A DNA stretch of 64,000 nucleotides from Fervidicoccaceae archaeon. Its GTDB lineage: Archaea > Thermoproteota > Thermoprotei_A > Sulfolobales > Fervidicoccaceae. Each line of letters opens with the position of its first letter. Positions within the stretch are counted from its first letter, which is position 1. The notes beneath the pieces were generated by a model. The model worked only from the letters and a program-made list of their open reading frames with translations, had not been told where the DNA came from and searched no databases. Shown here in pieces: positions 57,899 to 64,000 of this stretch. The stretch lies in NCBI GenBank assembly GCA_038734945.1, contig JAVYOA010000001.1, forward strand, positions 1 through 64,000. Direction: 5' to 3'. The translations under genes and the position numbers were made by a program.

Positions 57899-59287
57899 GT
57901 GACAAAATTGAGAAATCCATTCGATGAGCTGAACAGAACTGGGCTCACTCGTGGACATTTAAAGCTATTGATAGTCTCAGGATTTGGGTTCTTCACAGAT
58001 GCATACGACCTGTTTGTAATAGGCGTTGTGCTTTTAATTCTCTCAAGCGATGCCTCTACATCATTTCACCTTGCTGGAAATGAAGTGGGTCTCATAGGTG
58101 CCTCTTCCCTAGCATCAGCTATTCTAGGACAGCTGCTATTTGGAAAAATAGCTGATGTCTATGGGAGAAAGAAGGTCTATGGAACAGAACTAGCTATATT
58201 GATAGCTGGAGCAATCATGAGTGCTCTTTCATGGAATTTCTCTTCCCTGCTGATTTCCAGGATCATTCTCGGAATAGGAATAGGAGGAGACTATCCAGTG
58301 AGTGCCACAATTATGAGCGAATATTCCAATGCGAGGGACAGGGGAAAGCTTGTTGGACTTGTCTTTTCCATGCAGGGGTTGGGCGCTATTTCTGCTGTTC
58401 TTGCTGCTTATTTTCTTGCATCGAAATTGCCTGCTGAGATTGCGTGGAGAGCTCTGCTTGGAATTGGAGCAATTCCTCCGAGCTGTGTTGTTTTTCTGAG
58501 AAGGAAAATTAGGGAAACTCCGAGATTCTCTCTCTTTGTAGCAGGTAACGAGAAAGAAGCATCAGAGGCCCTGAGAATTGTTTTGGGAGAGAAGGTCAGC
58601 AAGCAGATTGAAGGTGTTAGGGGAAGAGGTTCGGCATTTAGCTTCAATGAGTTTCTCAGAGAATATCGAAAGCCATTGATTATAACTTCACTTTCATGGT
58701 TTCTCATGGATATAGCATTCTATGGAACTGGAATATATTCTGGTTTCATAGTTTCTCAGATCGTCATGCTGCACTCATTTCAAGGAAGAATTCTAGCAGC
58801 GGGGATACCCTATTTCATTGGAGGCTTTGGATACTTCCTTGCAGCTTTTCTAATGGATAAAATGGGTAGGAAGAGGATACAACTGCAGGGATTCTTGGCG
58901 ATGTCAGTGATATATATCCTAGTAGCGGCTTCTATAGTTGCTGAAGGGAGCAGGATAATAGGATTCTTATTTCCGAGAGAATTAGCGTTTCTGATCTACA
59001 GTCTATCGTTTTTCTTCATAAATTTCGGTCCAAACGAGACTACATTCGTTCTCCCATCAGAGCTTTTCCCAACCAAGTTCAGATCCACTGCTCACGGCAT
59101 TGCATCTGCCTCCGGAAAGGCAGGAGCTGTAATTGGAACTTATCTCATGCCGTTTGCCCTTGAAAGTATTGGAGTGAGAGGAGTTCTGGTGATCCTTTCC
59201 ATTGTTTCAGTTATCGGAGCCATAATTTCTCTTGGTCTGAAGGAGCCAGCAGGTCTCCCTCTCGAAGTTGTATCTCATGAGATTTGA
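57899..59287 (+). CDS. MFS transporter, phosphate:H+ symporter (PHO84-like) family
   Basis: GFFTDAYDLF, GIGIGGDYPVSATIMSE, FSMQG, LMDIAFYG, NFGPN.TTF, RSTAHGI.SASGK. Confidence 0.85.
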   Translation: MTKLRNPFDELNRTGLTRGHLKLLIVSGFGFFTDAYDLFVIGVVLLILSSDASTSFHLAGNEVGLIGASSLASAILGQLLFGKIADVYGRKKVYGTELAILIAGAIMSALSWNFSSLLISRIILGIGIGGDYPVSATIMSEYSNARDRGKLVGLVFSMQGLGAISAVLAAYFLASKLPAEIAWRALLGIGAIPPSCVVFLRRKIRETPRFSLFVAGNEKEASEALRIVLGEKVSKQIEGVRGRGSAFSFNEFLREYRKPLIITSLSWFLMDIAFYGTGIYSGFIVSQIVMLHSFQGRILAAGIPYFIGGFGYFLAAFLMDKMGRKRIQLQGFLAMSVIYILVAASIVAEGSRIIGFLFPRELAFLIYSLSFFFINFGPNETTFVLPSELFPTKFRSTAHGIASASGKAGAVIGTYLMPFALESIGVRGVLVILSIVSVIGAIISLGLKEPAGLPLEVVSHEI

Positions 59288-59294
59288 GAGATCT

Positions 59295-59614
59295 TCCCCT
59301 CACAACACTTCTCGAACCTGCCCACGATGTGGGTATGTAGTGAAGAGACGAGTGAGCAGGGCATTCAAATGCATAAAATGCGGTTTCAAGCTAGATAGGC
59401 AGAAGCTGGCATCTCTCACATCTACCTCAAGTACACCAGTATGTTGGGTTTTTCCTGCAGCTGTGAGCCGGAGCTGGATGAAGGGGAGCTATGGGTTGGG
59501 GTTACCCTGAATGGGCGGAAACCGATAATGTGAGTACCGATAAAAGGTGCTCCGAGGTCTGTGAAGCCAAGAGTTACATCAGACTGCATCAACTAACATG
59601 AAACCCGAACCCCC
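59295..59614 (+). mobile_element. 3'-terminal remnant of a TnpB-carrying IS element (Zn finger, RuvC-III and right-end RNA scaffold)
   Basis: SPHNTSRTCPRCG...FKCIKCGFKLDRQKLASL (frameshift) IYLKY, followed by a structured G/C-rich tail; homologous to the 46.4-46.9 kb relic. Confidence 0.8.
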
Positions 59615-59748
59615 GAAGGAAATTTACACGATCACTGAAACTATGAGCTGAAGAAAAGGTTATCGATATTTAGTTCAGAACCTTTGATAATTCTGCTAAT
59701 TTGAAAAATTTATATATAATATATTTAAATTTTTCTTCGGTGATAGTC

Positions 59749-60381
59749 ATGGCAGAGAAAGCTGATAGCGTAGGAAGGGCTCTGGGAAAGCTGATTTTAT
59801 ACATAGTTATTGTTGCAATTTTTCTCGGGATAGTTAATTACTTCTTCAATGTCTTTATACCTCAGATCGGAGAAAGCTATCCAAGCCTAAAAAGCTTAAG
59901 TATCCTCAAGGACTATTATCCATATGTAAATGCTATATTGATCCTCATCCTTGGATGGCTAATCATAGTTTCAACGGCAAATGCTTTCTATGCTATGCTG
60001 AAACCAAAATACGGGGTTTCAGCAGCAGGAGCGGTCAGAAGTCTTGTGAGGATCCTTGGAATTGCTGCCTTAATAGCTGGGGTTGCTGGAAGTGCTGCAG
60101 GAGGAGCTTCTGGCGTGGCCCTAGGTGGGTTCATTGGAATGATAGTCGGATATGCCACACAGCAAGTTCTGGGACAGGCTGTCGCTGGAATCTTTGTGCT
60201 AATTTCGAGACCATTCAAGATAGGCGATCTTATCGATGCTGCTGGAGAAAGTGGAGTTGAAGTTACTGAAGTAGCTACCCTTTTCACAATTGCTAGGAGA
60301 AAGGATGGCAATGTTGTACTCATACCAAACAATGCTCTGATAGGACAAAAGATAGTTATAAATGCTAGAAAAGAAGGATAA
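59749..60381 (+). CDS. Small-conductance mechanosensitive channel (MscS family, short form)
   Basis: IVGYATQQVLGQAVAGI...RPFKIGD...IPNN; ATG 59749 after GGTGA. Confidence 0.85.
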   Translation: MAEKADSVGRALGKLILYIVIVAIFLGIVNYFFNVFIPQIGESYPSLKSLSILKDYYPYVNAILILILGWLIIVSTANAFYAMLKPKYGVSAAGAVRSLVRILGIAALIAGVAGSAAGGASGVALGGFIGMIVGYATQQVLGQAVAGIFVLISRPFKIGDLIDAAGESGVEVTEVATLFTIARRKDGNVVLIPNNALIGQKIVINARKEG

Positions 60382-60451
60382 GGAACTCGAAAAATATGCT
60401 TCAGTGATTAATTTTTTTAAGGTTTAATCCAATACCCTTTTAGAAGTGTGC

Positions 60452-60558
60452 GCCGCGGTAGCTCAGCCTGGTTGGAGCGCCGGACTCATACGGAGTATGA
60501 AGCAATAGGTCGCTCCTGAGATATCCGGAGGTCCCGGGTTCGAATCCCGGCCGCGGCA
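60452..60558 (+). tRNA. tRNA-Met(CAT), elongator, with a 32-nt intron at 37/38 (60491-60522)
   Basis: GCCGCGG/CCGCGGC acceptor stem; CCGGA-CTCATA[intron]A-TCCGG anticodon arm; canonical BHB (CTCA/TGAG central helix, TAC and ATA bulges, GGAG/CTCC outer helix). Confidence 0.93.
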
Positions 60559-60576
60559 CTCTTCCTTAAAGCACAC

Positions 60577-61647
60577 TCATCCACTCTGTGTTCTTTTTTT
60601 CTCTGCTTCTGAGCTCTTGATTGAGCCAAAAATGAGGGGCTTCTCCTTAAATATTCCATTTGGATTAATTAACAATATAGCTATGATTGAAATACTGAGA
60701 AGAAGATAGTCAAGCCAAGCTACATTGAATGCTAGGAAAGATGCCAGCTGCTGCTTATATGTGTAGATCAGTGTTCTTGCTGTAACGAAGACAAATGTTC
60801 CAACAACTGGCCCCAAGTTTGTGCCCATTCCTCCCAACATCATCATTACCCAAGGCCAAAATGTCCAGGAAAATCTGTCGAATGCAGTTGCTATGACACC
60901 TAGGGTGTAGTAAGCATATAGGCTTCCAGCAAGAGCTGCTGTGGCAGAGCCTATGAAAATTACTGTAGCTCTTTTTGCAGCTATGTCTTTACCCAGGGCA
61001 CCTGCAGCATCTTCATTTTCTCTTATGGCTTTGAGAGCTCTTCCAAAGGGAGTTGTAAGCATTTTCCAGTATATGAGAAACACGATGATAGCAATGGCGG
61101 AGAGCAGAGCCGTGTAGTACAAGTATCTATTTCCACCAAGGGAATAGAAGGGATCTGGCACTTGAACTCCAGAGGTTCCTCCAGCTATTGGCTCATAATT
61201 GTAGCCAACAACCCTGATGGTTTCAGCCATCGCCAGGAGAGTGATACCCAGGTAGTCCTCTCTGAGCCTGACTGATGGGATAACGCTCAAAAGACCTATA
61301 ATCCCTCCTACCAAGCTGGAGAGAGCTACTGTTGAGATGAATAGAAGAGCTGCTGCCCAAGCATTGGAGGATAGCCATGGATTGACTGTGGATACTATAA
61401 TGTTGTTCTGAGTCACGTAGTTGCTCACTGAAATGGGATTGTTGCCTTGAAGAGCATTGTAGAGAAATACTCCTATCCTTGGAGAGAACCAAGCAGTAAA
61501 TAGAGCGCCAGAAATTACCGCAAGCATTTTCCCAAAATTTGGAATCCCTGTGAATCCAGCTTCAAGGTTGAGGCTAATTACGACAATGAGATATATTGAG
61601 GCCATTGAAATGACTGCCAGGGAAAGCTGAATAATCTCTGATGACAG
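60577..61647 (-). CDS. livM: Branched-chain amino acid ABC transporter permease (LivM type)
   Basis: SLNLEAGFTGIPNFG, LREDYLGI, FGRALKAIRENE.AA.ALG, MLGG.G; start uncertain (CTG 61647 or ATG 61605). Confidence 0.88.
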   Translation of the reverse strand: MSSEIIQLSLAVISMASIYLIVVISLNLEAGFTGIPNFGKMLAVISGALFTAWFSPRIGVFLYNALQGNNPISVSNYVTQNNIIVSTVNPWLSSNAWAAALLFISTVALSSLVGGIIGLLSVIPSVRLREDYLGITLLAMAETIRVVGYNYEPIAGGTSGVQVPDPFYSLGGNRYLYYTALLSAIAIIVFLIYWKMLTTPFGRALKAIRENEDAAGALGKDIAAKRATVIFIGSATAALAGSLYAYYTLGVIATAFDRFSWTFWPWVMMMLGGMGTNLGPVVGTFVFVTARTLIYTYKQQLASFLAFNVAWLDYLLLSISIIAILLINPNGIFKEKPLIFGSIKSSEAEKKRTQSG

Positions 61648-61653
61648 TTCTCC

Positions 61654-62700
61654 TCACCTCCTCTTTATCTTGAATGGGCCTATTCCTGCCAATCCCTTTG
61701 GGAAGAGCATGAGGGTTGCTGTCATTATGAGGAGGGGAATTATTGGCCTGTAGGCACTGCTTATTCCGGTGAGCGCTGTTATGTAGCCAAGAAGGACTGT
61801 TTCGCTTAGCCCAATAATGATCGCACCAAGCACTGAGCCGTACAGCGAACCAATGCCTCCCAATATGCTTGAAGCGAATATGCTTATTATAAGCGTCATT
61901 CCAGTTGATGTGTTTGTGTAGAATTTCAGTGGTATGAGAGAGCCTGCTATTCCAGAAACTCCTCCTGATATGAACCATGCAGCAACGCTAGCGAGCTCCA
62001 CATTGATGCCTATGACACCCGAGAGATTTGGATTCTCGACGACTGCTCTCAGAGCTATTCCAAATTTGGTCTTTTTGAGAAGGAGTTCGAGGGATGAGAG
62101 TATTGCTGCTAATAGAATTGGTGCTATAAAGAGAGCTCTCTGCACGCCAGCTTTTCCCATTAGGTCATAACTATAATAGGTGAAGTCCCTCGCATCTATG
62201 CTCAGCGGAACTTTGTATCCAGCTTGGTTGGACAAAGTTGAAATTGCTGAGAGAAAGCTGGAACTAGCAGCATCAACGTAGATATTGAGAACGGAAAAAA
62301 TGAACATGTCAGTTGCTATTGTAGCTATCATTAGCACAGTTGGAGATCCTCCTCTTCTCTTGAGGGGTCTCAGCACTGCTAGGTATTGAGCAACTGCAAC
62401 CAGCCCTACAATAATGAATGAAACTAGAATGAATTCCAGATATACAGATAGGGGGATCGAGTAGTTGTAGACGGAGGCGTTTATCTCCAGGGGATTGGCT
62501 CCAGAGAGGAGGGCATTTTTCACGGCTCCTATTCTGCTCAAGCTGACTAAGGTCCATGTGGTATATGCACCGAGGATGGCGAAGCTGGCCTGAGCAAAGT
62601 TTGGAACCTTTGTTATCGAATATGTGAGGGAGAGCCCTAAGCTGAGAAGGGATAGAATGGAGCAGTATATTATAGCATTTACAAGCTGAGGAGGCAGCAC
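61654..62700 (-). CDS. livH: Branched-chain amino acid ABC transporter permease (LivH type)
   Basis: GLSLTY...PNFAQ, TKFGIALRA..ENP.L..VIGIN, ILGGIGS..G, PKGL. Confidence 0.88.
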   Translation of the reverse strand: MLPPQLVNAIIYCSILSLLSLGLSLTYSITKVPNFAQASFAILGAYTTWTLVSLSRIGAVKNALLSGANPLEINASVYNYSIPLSVYLEFILVSFIIVGLVAVAQYLAVLRPLKRRGGSPTVLMIATIATDMFIFSVLNIYVDAASSSFLSAISTLSNQAGYKVPLSIDARDFTYYSYDLMGKAGVQRALFIAPILLAAILSSLELLLKKTKFGIALRAVVENPNLSGVIGINVELASVAAWFISGGVSGIAGSLIPLKFYTNTSTGMTLIISIFASSILGGIGSLYGSVLGAIIIGLSETVLLGYITALTGISSAYRPIIPLLIMTATLMLFPKGLAGIGPFKIKRR

Positions 62701-62774
62701 GGGCTAACCCTTCTTTGGATTTTAAAGGATTTCAATTATAAGTGGATTATATTCCTTTCTCACTATTAAAAAAA

Positions 62775-64000
62775 TTAGCTGAATGTGAATGATTTTGTAG
62801 CTGTGTCGTACATTCCTTTGTAGCTCCATACATACTGGCCCTGCTGGCTGTCCACTGCATATATAAAGTAATTAGCATATGCCCTATCTCCATTGGCATT
62901 GAGCTGAGTCCAGCCTGTTACTCCATAGTAGTTAGAAGCTATTGTTGGGAGGATCTTGATAACTTTGTCCGGAGAATAGTCTCCTGCTGTTATTATAGAT
63001 AAGGTCAGGATCCATGCTATATCGTATGTGTTGTAGGCATATGAAATGGGCTCTGTTCCCAGACTCTGGATAAACCTCGCTGTGAGGTTCTCGTACTTTG
63101 GATTGGGCAGTGTTCCAGCTATAGTGGCAGTGAAGTTCGTCTTTACTGCGAAGGAAGCTGCAACTGGATCGCTAATTAGCTTGCCAGATTTAGCTATTCC
63201 ATCTGTTCCTATCCATCTTACGCTGGAGAGTGATTGGTACTGACTTGCCTGATCGATGAATTGGACTCCTTCCTCAAAGGATATGAGGACAACTCCAACG
63301 CTTGATTCCCCGTATTTTCCTATCAGAGAGCTCACAGTATTAGCAAGCTGGTTCACTTCAGAAGTGTAGTCGCTTGCCTGCACGGAATATCGAGGTCCAG
63401 TGATCGCATCGATTCCGAGCAATGCCATGTTAGCAATTGTGGAATTAGCCAGGTTGTCTCCCCAGTCATCTCCTCTCCAAACAATAACAACATGTTTGAG
63501 ACCGTAGTACTTTGCCAATTGTGCCAGAGCCTCCCCCTGCATTCTATCATCGACAACTAGCCTGAAAATGAAGTCGTTAGGAATAGCTAGAGCTGGAGAT
63601 GTACTAGAAGGGCTGAATATTATTATATGGTTCGAATTAGCGAAGCCCATGATGTTCTTAACTTCAGAGCTTGCCATTGGACCAACTATGAATTTCACTC
63701 CTTGTGCATAGAGGCTCTGCAGCTTTTGAAGCGCCACGTTTGGATTAGTCTGTGTATCCTCAATGAAGACCTTCACTTGGTATGGAAGCCCGGAGGAGTT
63801 GAGGAATGCATTTATGTCTGAGGCAGCCAGCTGAAGAGCCAGACTGTTCTGCTGTCCAAAGGTCTGAAGATCTCCGCTGAGGGGGAAGAGGCCTCCCAGA
63901 GCTATTGTGGTTAAGGTTTTCGCCGATGTGCTCTGCTGTGCAGTTGTATTTGTGCTAGGAGTTGTGGATGTTGTTTGGGTCTTCAGCCCAAATCCTACAG
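62775..64000 (-). CDS. Branched-chain amino acid ABC substrate-binding protein (start lies beyond the window end)
   Basis: Frame is open to 64000: Thr/Ser-rich linker, LGGLFPLSGD, EDTQT.P, GPMASS, SPSSTSPAL, YD, GVTG...GDR. Confidence 0.9.
   Translation of the reverse strand, partial: VGFGLKTQTTSTTPSTNTTAQQSTSAKTLTTIALGGLFPLSGDLQTFGQQNSLALQLAASDINAFLNSSGLPYQVKVFIEDTQTNPNVALQKLQSLYAQGVKFIVGPMASSEVKNIMGFANSNHIIIFSPSSTSPALAIPNDFIFRLVVDDRMQGEALAQLAKYYGLKHVVIVWRGDDWGDNLANSTIANMALLGIDAITGPRYSVQASDYTSEVNQLANTVSSLIGKYGESSVGVVLISFEEGVQFIDQASQYQSLSSVRWIGTDGIAKSGKLISDPVAASFAVKTNFTATIAGTLPNPKYENLTARFIQSLGTEPISYAYNTYDIAWILTLSIITAGDYSPDKVIKILPTIASNYYGVTGWTQLNANGDRAYANYFIYAVDSQQGQYVWSYKGMYDTATKSFTFS

Noticed and set aside
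59268..59510. 80-aa zinc-ribbon protein as a real gene
   Set aside because: It is a frameshifted tnpB C-terminal fragment with a borrowed start inside the MFS gene.
60491..60522. C/D-box guide RNA in the tRNA-Met intron (ATGAAGC...CTGA)
   Set aside because: The intron is only 32 nt, the C box is poor, and the CTGA is explained by the BHB helix.
1..64000. CRISPR array, rRNA, integrase or provirus
   Set aside because: No regularly spaced repeats, rRNA-like tracts, cas, integrase or viral genes were seen.

Overview
This is a gene-dense stretch of chromosome from a crenarchaeon (Thermoproteota). Evidence for that: thermosome, rpoK, S26e, a PBP2-like PolB1 accessory protein, A-type ATP synthase, a tRNA with a bulge-helix-bulge intron, GGTGA ribosome-binding sites and many TTG/GTG starts. 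A Fervidicoccales/Desulfurococcales-like peptide fermenter is my inference. Most of the window is housekeeping and transport: peptide and branched-chain amino acid ABC systems, mvk, ino1, a three-subunit Mo-hydroxylase, thiL, taw3, topoisomerase IA, prs, proS, cysS, ATP synthase, FprA, a P3A H+-ATPase, thermopsin, an ALG11-like GT4, a PHO84-like MFS transporter, MscS and two tRNAs. I found no CRISPR array, rRNA or intact mobile element. Best leads: (1) a small membrane protein + TctA-like permease + mevalonate kinase operon that may be a mevalonate uptake/salvage system; (2) two decayed TnpB relics that both read DRQ instead of DRD at RuvC-III, one keeping a structured omegaRNA-like 3' end; (3) a 57-aa CC1/DUF5679-like basic protein missing from the ORF track; (4) two RNase Z homologues lacking the flexible arm; (5) an RHH-PBP2 operon. 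All family calls come from motif recognition by eye, not database searches.
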